From Candidatus Gottesmanbacteria bacterium (GTDB lineage: Bacteria > Patescibacteriota > Microgenomatia > UBA10105 > UBA927), in NCBI GenBank assembly GCA_903821745.1, contig CAIJMI010000005.1, positions 263,802 through 327,801 on the forward strand: a stretch of DNA of 64,000 nt, read 5' to 3'. Shown here one piece after another: positions 19,940-28,589 of the stretch; the stretch's first letter is position 1, and the number at the start of each line of letters is the position of its first letter. The notes under the pieces are model-generated. The model did no database searches, had not been told where the DNA came from, and saw only the letters and a list, made by a program, of their open reading frames with translations. The translations under genes and the position numbers were made by a program.

Positions 19940-20010
19940 GCCCGATTAGTTTAACGGTAAAACGGAGTCTTGGTAAGACTCAGAAGAAAGTTCGACTCTC
20001 TCATCGGGCT
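19940..20010 (+). tRNA. tRNA-Thr(GGT)
   Basis: GCCCGAT/ATCGGGC acceptor, GAGTC-TT-GGT-AA-GACTC anticodon arm, GTTCGACTC. Confidence 0.92.
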
Positions 20011-20152
20011 CATAATAAAACCGTGACAAAAAATCACGATTTAAAAAATAATATTTTCCTCACTTGACATCCTATACTATTTAATTGAAACTTATAGAGG
20101 AACGTATTTTTTACGTTTTATTTGTATTGAACTATTTTTTTGAAATTATTGT

Positions 20153-20539
20153 ATGCTACATTCACCACGAGAAGAAGACAGCGAACTGTTTGGTCAGGAA
20201 TTAACCCTGAATTTATACGGTTGCAATCTTGCAACCATTTCCTCCCGTACAAAAATCCGAAAATTTGTCATTGAACTTTGTGATCATGTCATTCACATGA
20301 AGCGATACGGGAAAGCATTTATTCCCCATTTCGGTCATGAAAATCCAATCACATCAGGATTCTCTCTGGTCCAACTTATCGAAACCAGCTCCGTCACTGC
20401 CCATTTTTCAGAATACAAAAAAGCCGTGTACATGAATATTTTTTCCTGTGCATGGTTTGACGCAAAAATCACCACCAAGTTCTGCAAAACATATTTTGGT
20501 GCAAAAACGGTCAAAGCAAAACTCACCAAACGCCCCTAA
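20153..20539 (+). CDS. S-adenosylmethionine decarboxylase (pyruvoyl-dependent) family protein
   Basis: G.EL.L.LYGC, SGFSLVQLIETSSVTAHF, MNIFSC..FD. Confidence 0.8.
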   Translation: MLHSPREEDSELFGQELTLNLYGCNLATISSRTKIRKFVIELCDHVIHMKRYGKAFIPHFGHENPITSGFSLVQLIETSSVTAHFSEYKKAVYMNIFSCAWFDAKITTKFCKTYFGAKTVKAKLTKRP

Positions 20540-20601
20540 AAAACATAGAAACTCTCCACTAGCGTACATGGAAAGAATTTGCTATGGTAAATATATATCC
20601 T

Positions 20602-22887
20602 ATGAAACAGCAATTGTTTCTCTCTTTTTCCCATGGTATTGTAAAACGCTCATTCAAAACCTGCTGTCGTGTTTTTTTTATCGCGGTAGTAATGATTGCA
20701 CTCTTTTGTTTTCGACCTGTTGCAACCAATGTTTGGGCATGCACATCATGTGGTGAGGTACCTTGTACTAGTAGTCAGAATAAATCTACGACTGGCTGCC
20801 CTTCTGGTACGTGGTGCTGTGTAGCAAAACCGGCAACGAGCACCCCAATACCGGCAACGAGCACCCCGAAACCAGCAACAAGCACCCCGAGGCCCCCATA
20901 TTGTTTATCGGAATACACCTGTGGTACAGCTTGTTGTCCTTGCGGATGTACCCCATCATCAACCGGTGGATCATGTACATCACCGTGCCCAACAAACACA
21001 AAAGCCCCAACCTCAACACCAACTCCAGTATGTGATGTTTGGCACCTCATTAATTGCCTTTGCGGATGTACTGCAAATACATGTAACACGTGCCCAACCG
21101 CTACCCCGATACCATGTTTAGCAACTGGTCAGGCGTGTTCAACGAACAGTCAATGCTGCAGTAATAAATGCAATAATTTAGGTGATGGTTCATATTGTGT
21201 TGTTAACACCTCAACCAATACCCCGACCCCGACAACATCTATTTCACAGTCTTGCTACCCCATTGGCAGTAGTAAATGCGTAGATAGCTTTAATTCCTCT
21301 GAATGCCTATCTAATTATACCTGGAGTGCACCAAATTCATGTCATTTCCCCTGTGTAGGAAGCCCTTCAGTTAACTGCCAAAACGATCAGTGCTGCCCTG
21401 ATCCTGCAGGTGATAACCCATACTGTGTTGGGTATTGTTCTCGATATTGCACTAGTCCACAAAAGCTATTGAATTGTTGGGCAAACTACCAAGCGTATTT
21501 AAACGATAAACTCAAAGACGACAATCTTGGTACGCTTTCTTCAGGGTGTGTAACGACAACAACCGCTTGCTTAGAATGTGTCGTCACCTGGGAGCGGTGC
21601 GGAGGAACCGCAACCTGTCCATCCGGACAGTACCCCTGGTGGAACAGCTGTTCTGATAATTTCTGCAGTACAGCCATGTGTGGAACCCCTGCACCCGGGT
21701 GCACCCCAAATTGCAGTTGCGCAACGGCGCTCTGTTCGACACAAACGTGTTCAGACGGATGCGGCGGTGTATGCCACGGAACCAATCCCTGTTATGGCAC
21801 GATTCAGGCAAAAGCCGTTATTACTGAAAGCTGCAGCACCATTGCCACGGCAGAACCACTCAATGATACGACCATAACCTTAAACAACGCTGACCCAAAA
21901 ACACAGACAAATGGCATCCCCGTCACCTGGACAAACGTACCCATTGGTACATATACGGTCTCTGCTACCAATGCCATTTCCACGCTTGTCCCGAAAATAT
22001 ACTGCATTCCAAATGGAAGCGGGTACGTTGAGGGAAGTTCACAAACGCTTGAAACAAACGGATCCATATCGTTTTTCATAGGATTTGCACCTCCGAACGG
22101 CTGGGTACAAGCAATCGGAGGCGATGTCTATGCAAAAGGCCAACTCACCTCCTCTGTTCCGGCAACTTATTATTTTTCACTGGCCGGAGCTATGGGCGAT
22201 GCGGGAATCGTATCGTATGGAACACTCAATGGCTATGACTTTTCCCTCTCAGATACAGACAAAGGCGAAACACAGGTGTCCCTCCCGCCAGCCTGGCTAG
22301 TCTACAATCCCAACAATCCATCACTTCATCTCTACGAACAGTTTGCAACACAGTTTGATATTCCTGGAAACACACCACTCCTGGCATCTTCACCGTTAAC
22401 CGTAACAAAACCTACGTGTGACACAACGCCATTACCCTGTGTCTTTTATGTAAGTGGCGATCTGGAGACAACTTCGGGAAATCCATGGACCATTGGATCA
22501 ACAGAACAGATGGTTATATTTGTTAGTGGAAGTGCACATATTAACAGCCCCATAACCATCACACCAGGCGGATTTTTTGCCCTTATCGTCAATGGCACTA
22601 TTACTGTCGACTCTACCGTTGGTGGACCAGCAGCAAATACTGTGCCAACGCTTGAGGGCATCTATATCACAAACCAATTTGAAACAGGAACAAGTGACAC
22701 CGTTGGGACAGAACGGCTGAACATCAAAGGGTCTGTCATCGCAGATATGTTTCTTCTAAATCGGTCTCTTGGCATATTCAACGCAACGCTTCCCGCAGAA
22801 CAGTTTACCTTCAACCCACAACTGCTCTTTACGATGCCAGACAAAATGAAAGAAATTCCCTATGTCTGGCAGGAAGTGGCACCCTGA
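20602..22887 (+). CDS. Large secreted Cys-rich protein with Pro/Thr linkers
   Basis: N-terminal hydrophobic segment, dense Cys clusters over the first ~400 aa, beta-rich C-terminal domain ending WQEVAP; exact start uncertain. Confidence 0.8.
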   Translation: MKQQLFLSFSHGIVKRSFKTCCRVFFIAVVMIALFCFRPVATNVWACTSCGEVPCTSSQNKSTTGCPSGTWCCVAKPATSTPIPATSTPKPATSTPRPPYCLSEYTCGTACCPCGCTPSSTGGSCTSPCPTNTKAPTSTPTPVCDVWHLINCLCGCTANTCNTCPTATPIPCLATGQACSTNSQCCSNKCNNLGDGSYCVVNTSTNTPTPTTSISQSCYPIGSSKCVDSFNSSECLSNYTWSAPNSCHFPCVGSPSVNCQNDQCCPDPAGDNPYCVGYCSRYCTSPQKLLNCWANYQAYLNDKLKDDNLGTLSSGCVTTTTACLECVVTWERCGGTATCPSGQYPWWNSCSDNFCSTAMCGTPAPGCTPNCSCATALCSTQTCSDGCGGVCHGTNPCYGTIQAKAVITESCSTIATAEPLNDTTITLNNADPKTQTNGIPVTWTNVPIGTYTVSATNAISTLVPKIYCIPNGSGYVEGSSQTLETNGSISFFIGFAPPNGWVQAIGGDVYAKGQLTSSVPATYYFSLAGAMGDAGIVSYGTLNGYDFSLSDTDKGETQVSLPPAWLVYNPNNPSLHLYEQFATQFDIPGNTPLLASSPLTVTKPTCDTTPLPCVFYVSGDLETTSGNPWTIGSTEQMVIFVSGSAHINSPITITPGGFFALIVNGTITVDSTVGGPAANTVPTLEGIYITNQFETGTSDTVGTERLNIKGSVIADMFLLNRSLGIFNATLPAEQFTFNPQLLFTMPDKMKEIPYVWQEVAP
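20830..20892 (+). repeat. 21-bp tandem repeat x3 (PATSTPx)
   Basis: ccggcaacgagcaccccaata / ccggcaacgagcaccccgaaa / ccagcaacaagcaccccgagg. Confidence 0.9.
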
Positions 22888-22906
22888 TGCATTTCCTTAC
22901 TTAACC

Positions 22907-24382
22907 TTAAAAGTACACTACTCCTAAAGGATAGAGTGTGTGTTCAACTGTATATGACCAATCTGATTCCAAAGGTTTCGGATCAACGGGTATTTCAAAC
23001 CCCATATAATAAAACAATGGAGACCATGGATCGTTAGATGAAAACATTGGTTCATTTAAGTGATCATATGCAGGTAAAATCGCCAGTGTTAATGGCCAAA
23101 GATGAAACCACTCAGGGTGAACCGTACCTGTATACTTGCTTCCTACAAAAATATGATACGCTGAAGAATTCGATTCATGTATATGATCAAAAGCTTGTTC
23201 TTTTGTATAATTTTTTTCAAATATATCTAGTTGAGCGGCGTCAGCAACGGTGATATTCCGCATTCCCACATCATCATACACACCGTGTAGTATGGTAATA
23301 TTTTTATTCCCATCTCCGGCCTTGAATGCAAATCCCAGCAGCATATAGGGATGGTCCTGGAACATAAACTGGGAACAGGAAACGATATGCACAGGTTTAT
23401 TATAAACCCAAAGCTGGTTATAAGGTAAATACTGTTCAGCTTCAGTTCTTCCAGTAGCAGTAATCATGTCACCCATCATATCCGCTGTTATCCCCTGATC
23501 AGCCAACCATTGTTTTTCCACCTTGGTGAGTCTGTCCAGTATATTTGCCATCGCATCAGGATCAAATGTCCCGTCTTTTTTGGTCGGCATGTCTATCTTA
23601 TTACACTCTTCAAATGTCTCAGGGATTCCCGCTTTCAGCTCCACTGTTTTTGTAGGGGTAATGGTTGGTTCTTTGGTTTTTGTGGGGGTAATGGTTGGTT
23701 CTTTGGTTGGGGTACGAGCAACGGATGTGGGGAACGTTTCAACGGGAGCGCCTGGTGTTACCGCAGGATGAGATATATCCGATGCTTTGACTGGACCATT
23801 AGTACACGCGGCAAGGAGTGTTGTTGCCCCAATTAATGCGGTAATAACTTTTTTGCGCTTATCCGCCGGAATGAGTGAACGGACATCTTTTTTTTGCTTT
23901 TCTGTTGTAGGAAGCCATGATTCGGTGGTATCCAAAAGGGATAGCGCAGTGTCTCGTACTGTATTTGATACGTCTCGTATGGTTCCTTGTATCTTCCTAT
24001 CCTGTGGCGCATTGGCAAGTGACCAAATAGATAGTTCAGTAACCGCATGCAGGGTTTGTTGTTCCTCAGGAGAGAGTTTGCTGAAAGCGAAGTATCCATC
24101 ACCAATTTGATCCCATAACGAGGTTGCTTCAGGATGTGTGGGGTGTTCAATCATTGCTTCAGGAAGCGGTTCAAAACAGGAAAGTAATTGGGCAAATGCG
24201 TGTTGGTCTCTGGCGTCTTGATAATTGTGGTGTTCTTGAAGATCCGTTACTGCTTTCTGTATATGACTATTGCCAATGCCATCTTTGATGTGAATTGGAA
24301 ATCTCGATAAAGTCTCGAAAGACTTCGTCGTATCAAATATTCCTTCAACGTGTATGACTTGTTCGCGTTCAGTCATATGCAT
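22907..24382 (-). CDS. Hypothetical membrane protein with an internal lipobox-like motif
   Basis: KRKK-VITALIGATTLLAAC (Cys about residue 193), PT-rich linker. Confidence 0.75.
   Translation of the reverse strand: MHMTEREQVIHVEGIFDTTKSFETLSRFPIHIKDGIGNSHIQKAVTDLQEHHNYQDARDQHAFAQLLSCFEPLPEAMIEHPTHPEATSLWDQIGDGYFAFSKLSPEEQQTLHAVTELSIWSLANAPQDRKIQGTIRDVSNTVRDTALSLLDTTESWLPTTEKQKKDVRSLIPADKRKKVITALIGATTLLAACTNGPVKASDISHPAVTPGAPVETFPTSVARTPTKEPTITPTKTKEPTITPTKTVELKAGIPETFEECNKIDMPTKKDGTFDPDAMANILDRLTKVEKQWLADQGITADMMGDMITATGRTEAEQYLPYNQLWVYNKPVHIVSCSQFMFQDHPYMLLGFAFKAGDGNKNITILHGVYDDVGMRNITVADAAQLDIFEKNYTKEQAFDHIHESNSSAYHIFVGSKYTGTVHPEWFHLWPLTLAILPAYDHLNEPMFSSNDPWSPLFYYMGFEIPVDPKPLESDWSYTVEHTLYPLGVVYF
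23646..23708 (-). repeat. 30-bp tandem repeat x2 (TKEPTITPTK)
   Basis: gtttttgt(a/g)ggggtaatggttggttctttg duplicated. Confidence 0.9.
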
Positions 24383-24394
24383 AAAATGTACCCT

Positions 24395-24423
24395 ATAGTA
24401 CTATATTTGTTGTTCTTTGTCAA
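24395..24423 (-). promoter_or_regulatory. Sigma70-type promoter of the 24382 gene
   Basis: TTGACA-17 nt-TACTAT on the minus strand. Confidence 0.7.
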
Positions 24424-24432
24424 AATACGTAT

Positions 24433-24545
24433 AAAAAAAGACCCCTCTGGGGGTCTTTGATAAACAAAGAGTAAGACACTATATATTGTCCTACGCGCAC
24501 TCTCGTAAAAAAAGGATACATAGATATACGGCAGGTAAACTTACG
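24433..24545 (-). ncRNA. Candidate small RNA (about 110 nt)
   Basis: Own promoter TTGACA(24579-24574)-17-CATACT(24556-24551) and terminator AAAGACCCC/GGGGTCTTT+T7. Confidence 0.45.
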
Positions 24546-24614
24546 TAGTAAGTATGGAGGATTTTATACAGCGTGTCAAGAAAAGTATACAATTCATGCT
24601 ATCATAAGAAAACG

Positions 24615-25493
24615 ATGCATATGCTGGCATTTTTATCTCTCAGTGCAGTGACTGTCCTCTCACCTATTGCTGTCACAATAACACCTACGCCTACAATAAC
24701 AGGACCTGGTAAACCAGCGATGACATTCGGCCAAATTCTCAATCCTCCCCAGGTGCTTGGACAAACAACCGTTGTATACGGACCGTCACTCCCTCCAAGT
24801 CCTCCCCCGACCCCCGTTAAAAAAACGAAAAAATCTGTTGTCACAGTAGCGCTTCTTGGCGATTCCATGATGGATACCTTAGGACCACAGGCACCGGCAC
24901 TTCAATACGCACTCAAAAGAATATATCCCCATACTGCATTCGTTATCAAAAACTACGGCGTTGGAGGAACAAACATTCAATATGGCATAGAACGGATTAC
25001 CAACGGGTATACGTACCTTGGAACAACCTATACATCACTGATTGCCACAAACCCCGATATCGTTGTTGTTGAATCCTTTGGATACAACCCGTTTGGGAGT
25101 GATGCGGGAACAATCGATTCTCATTGGCTCCTCCTTGCAAAAGCAGTCGATACCATTCGAGCAAATCTTCCCAACGCCAAAATTATCATCGCAGCAACGA
25201 TCGCACCGAATGCTAACTTTTTTGGTGACGGCGCACCGGGACTTGCATTTTCGGTTCTTGATAAATGGGAGCGGGTAACTACCATTAAAAAATATCTGGA
25301 AAACGCAGTACGGTTTGCAAACAGCGAACATTTGCCATTGGCTGATGCATATCATCCGTCACTGTTATCAGACGGCAACGGAAATCTCATTTATATTAAT
25401 AGTGGCGACCATATTCATTATTCGGATAAAGGACGCGCGCTTATGGCTTCCCAAATCGCCGGTGCCATTACAAAAAATAAACTGCTGGAATAG
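24615..25493 (+). CDS. SGNH/GDSL hydrolase family protein, exported
   Basis: LLGDSM, NYGVGG, GYN, D.IHYS..G. Confidence 0.88.
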   Translation: MHMLAFLSLSAVTVLSPIAVTITPTPTITGPGKPAMTFGQILNPPQVLGQTTVVYGPSLPPSPPPTPVKKTKKSVVTVALLGDSMMDTLGPQAPALQYALKRIYPHTAFVIKNYGVGGTNIQYGIERITNGYTYLGTTYTSLIATNPDIVVVESFGYNPFGSDAGTIDSHWLLLAKAVDTIRANLPNAKIIIAATIAPNANFFGDGAPGLAFSVLDKWERVTTIKKYLENAVRFANSEHLPLADAYHPSLLSDGNGNLIYINSGDHIHYSDKGRALMASQIAGAITKNKLLE

Positions 25494-25538
25494 CCCCCTT
25501 GGCAAGAGGTCGATACATACGGTATAATACCTTCTATT

Positions 25539-25712
25539 ATGGCAAAGAAAGATCAACGGTTACTTATAGGACTCGTCTGCACCGTGTGCAAAGCAACCAA
25601 CTACATTACAAAACGAAATAAAATTAATACTCCGGAAAAGTTACATCTTTCCAAGTATTGCCGTCACTGCAAAAAACACACGGAACATAAAGAAACGAGT
25701 CATCTCGACTAA
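25539..25712 (+). CDS. rpmG: 50S ribosomal protein L33
   Basis: Manual translation MAKKDQRLLIGLVCTVCKATNYITKRNKINTPEKLHLSKYCRHCKKHTEHKETSHLD*; not in the ORF track. Confidence 0.97.
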   Translation: MAKKDQRLLIGLVCTVCKATNYITKRNKINTPEKLHLSKYCRHCKKHTEHKETSHLD

Positions 25713-25743
25713 TTTTCTTCAAACTGATAAGCTATCAGTACGT

Positions 25744-26238
25744 ATGCCAAAGAATACATTCATTCTCGTTACTCTGCTTGCAGTCATCGCAGCGCTTCTC
25801 GTTGGGTTCAATCTTGGAAAAAAATTCACCACCTCATCCCAAGTCGTTCCCACGCCATCAATCGTCGTTTCCCCGACACCAAAACCGGTACAAATGACAC
25901 ACTATACAAACGCCTATTGTAAAGTTTCGCTGTCTTACCCTTCAACAATGACCGTCACGGAAGTAGCAACGGGCAGTGCAAAATTTGTATCAAGTACCGA
26001 CGCCGTTATCCTTGCCTGTCAAAAAGATATCCCAGGTATTGCGATACCAAAAGAAAACATCGAAACCATAACTATCGGAAGCATTTCAGCAACCCTGTAT
26101 CACACAACAACACCAAACGATGGAACACCTATCGATGTTCTCATGTTCCTTCACCCAAAAACGAACATGGATATCCTTGTCTCAGGTATGGGAAGTGCCT
26201 TCACAACCATCATCCGGTCTCTATCCCTTACTCCCTAA
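25744..26238 (+). CDS. Hypothetical membrane-anchored protein (PsbP-like pattern)
   Basis: TM, PTPS linker, YTN...VSLSYP, C-terminal IIRSLSL. Confidence 0.7.
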   Translation: MPKNTFILVTLLAVIAALLVGFNLGKKFTTSSQVVPTPSIVVSPTPKPVQMTHYTNAYCKVSLSYPSTMTVTEVATGSAKFVSSTDAVILACQKDIPGIAIPKENIETITIGSISATLYHTTTPNDGTPIDVLMFLHPKTNMDILVSGMGSAFTTIIRSLSLTP

Positions 26239-26263
26239 ATCAATGGTATAATACAGTGACTCT

Positions 26264-26334
26264 AGGGCTATAGTTCAATGGTAGAATAGGGGTCTCCAAA
26301 ACCTCTGATCGTGGTCCGAATCCACGTGGCCCTG
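26264..26334 (+). tRNA. tRNA-Trp(CCA)
   Basis: AGGGCTA/TGGCCCT acceptor, GGGGT-CT-CCA-AA-ACCTC arm; T-loop GTCCGAATC. Confidence 0.93.
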
Positions 26335-26403
26335 CAAAAACCTACCATTATTTTTATCTTTTTGCCTTTACAATAGAACAGAGAATACATATACTAAAAT
26401 ACA

Positions 26404-27012
26404 ATGGAAAATAATACGTGGTATAAAATCATCGCCACAAACAAAGTGATTGCTGTATTGATCATCTGTTTATCACTCATTCTTCTTACCGGATTTTTTT
26501 ACTTCAAAACACGGACAACACGACAAGACGCACAAAGACCAGTCATTCAAAACGAAGAACCGTCTTCTGGCGCGTCAACGTCATCAAGATTTGGGGAACT
26601 CTCATCAAACGCCGCATGGAAAGTGACAACACAAGACGGCTACACCGTAACGTATCCACAAAATCTTATCATGGAAGTACGTAAATTTGAAAAAAATATC
26701 ACCAGGAGCGGTTGGACTTTTCCAAACAATGATGTTACTTTTCATATCTTGTCGTATCCAGCAACGACTGACATACCAATGGTATTTGATAAAAATGCAG
26801 CATCGGAAACAGTGACTATTGCCGGACAAACAACCAAAAAAATTACCAGCATTGATACGATAACCAACAACCATATGATGGTGCTTATCGGTCCGCTCAT
26901 AACAAAAGAGAGAAAATATATTCTGGCATTACGAAGTCAGGGTCTGTTCATTCCACAAGAACTGCAAAAAACTTTTAACGCCATAATTGCCTCATTTTCT
27001 TTCCTACCATAA
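26404..27012 (+). CDS. Hypothetical membrane-anchored protein (PsbP-like pattern)
   Basis: TM, WK......GYTVTYP, C-terminal FNAIIASFSF. Confidence 0.7.
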   Translation: MENNTWYKIIATNKVIAVLIICLSLILLTGFFYFKTRTTRQDAQRPVIQNEEPSSGASTSSRFGELSSNAAWKVTTQDGYTVTYPQNLIMEVRKFEKNITRSGWTFPNNDVTFHILSYPATTDIPMVFDKNAASETVTIAGQTTKKITSIDTITNNHMMVLIGPLITKERKYILALRSQGLFIPQELQKTFNAIIASFSFLP

Positions 27013-27093
27013 CTCGCTTGTAGTAAAATAACTGGAGAGTACAAAGAGTATCCGATAGTAATATTTCACTCTACCAAAACAGGCTAGCGGCGT

Positions 27094-27624
27094 TTACCTT
27101 TTTCTTGAAGTTTTCTTTTGTTTCTTCGTTCCGTTTCCCCACCGTTTCCAATTATCATTCAAATATCCAAGTGTTCGATAATCATCAAAAATATCAAATA
27201 AATAGTGAATCACCATGGCTCCAAGCATCACAATCCACGCATCCCAATTCACCACAAAACAAAGAATCATCAACACGAGGAGAAACACGACAAAATACAC
27301 ATTATGATACGATAAATTCGTATTATACTTATGCCCCTGTTCTATAAATGAAGTGAGCACCCGCCATTCTTTTGCCTTTAAAAATTCCTTCACTTGTTTG
27401 GAATACTCATCACGCCTTCCATTAAAGAAAAAATAAATAAGATGTTCTATATCAGGTAAGAACGATCCAAACAGTGCTAAAAACAAATGACACCAACTAA
27501 ATTCACCCCACATTTCTCGAAGAAACCATGCCCACACAAGTCCCAACAGTGCATGATACAGCATGTGCCGTGCATGCCAAAATATATATCCCAGTCCCTT
27601 TATTTTTGCGAAAGATCGCCGCAT
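27094..27624 (-). CDS. Membrane-bound metal-dependent hydrolase (YdjM-like)
   Basis: H.L.G, GSFLPDIEH, YHN, HYLFD. Confidence 0.75.
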   Translation of the reverse strand: MRRSFAKIKGLGYIFWHARHMLYHALLGLVWAWFLREMWGEFSWCHLFLALFGSFLPDIEHLIYFFFNGRRDEYSKQVKEFLKAKEWRVLTSFIEQGHKYNTNLSYHNVYFVVFLLVLMILCFVVNWDAWIVMLGAMVIHYLFDIFDDYRTLGYLNDNWKRWGNGTKKQKKTSRKR

Positions 27625-27625
27625 A

Positions 27626-28504
27626 TTATAATTTCAAACCCTTCAAATACTCCCTGAATGCTCCATTGAGATCTTTGTGTTTCAATGCAAACTCCACCAC
27701 GGTTTTCAAATATTCCAATTTATTTCCGGTGTCATAATATTTCCCGTTTTGAATCTCACAGGCATACACCGGCCGCACGTTCATCAGTTCCCGGATTGCA
27801 TCCGTAAGCCATATTTCATTGCTTTTTCCCGGTTTCAAATTAGCAAGCAGCGGGAAAATATCCGGCGTTAACACATAACATCCATGCGCTGCGAGATTTC
27901 CCGGTGCTTCTTCAATGGATGGTTTTTCCACCAATCGTTTAATCTGCCCGATAAATGGTTCTACTTGCGTCACTTCTGCAATACCATAGCGGGATACATC
28001 ATTTTTCGGTACCCGAATTGCACTGATGACCGGATCGCCATATTTTGCAAACACATCAAGACATTGCTTGGTCCGAGGAGGATTCGAATAAATAAACTCA
28101 TCACCCCAGATCACCACAAACGGTTCATCACCAATCACATCTTTTGCACATAAAACCGGTGTCCCGTTTCCATACGGTCCCTTTTGCCGGATATACACGA
28201 AATTAGCAAGTTCTGCGGTCCGTTTCACCTGATCAATCATTTCTTCTTTGCCCTGCTCTTTGAGTGTGTGGATAAGCTCATTGGGGTAATCAAAATGGTC
28301 TTCAATCGCCCGTTTATGCCACCCGGTAACAATAACAATTTCTTTGATTCCGGAATCCACAAGTTCTTCAACCACATATTGAATGATGGGTTTATCGACA
28401 ATCGGAAGCATTTCCTTCGGCATGGCTTTGGTCTGCGGTAAAAATCTTGTCCCAAATCCAGCTGCTGGAATAACGGCCTTACGAATCGGTTTTCTTATTT
28501 CCAT
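27626..28504 (-). CDS. galU: UTP-glucose-1-phosphate uridylyltransferase
   Basis: KAVIPAAGFGTRFLPQTKAMPKEMLPIVDKP, LVEKP, YYDTG. Confidence 0.95.
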   Translation of the reverse strand: MEIRKPIRKAVIPAAGFGTRFLPQTKAMPKEMLPIVDKPIIQYVVEELVDSGIKEIVIVTGWHKRAIEDHFDYPNELIHTLKEQGKEEMIDQVKRTAELANFVYIRQKGPYGNGTPVLCAKDVIGDEPFVVIWGDEFIYSNPPRTKQCLDVFAKYGDPVISAIRVPKNDVSRYGIAEVTQVEPFIGQIKRLVEKPSIEEAPGNLAAHGCYVLTPDIFPLLANLKPGKSNEIWLTDAIRELMNVRPVYACEIQNGKYYDTGNKLEYLKTVVEFALKHKDLNGAFREYLKGLKL

Positions 28505-28589
28505 ACGTTTGTCTTCCTCCTTACGCGATCGTTCGATCACTCTTCAATTGTATCTGTCGTGCAAAGCGAATGTCAATTTGTTATGATGA

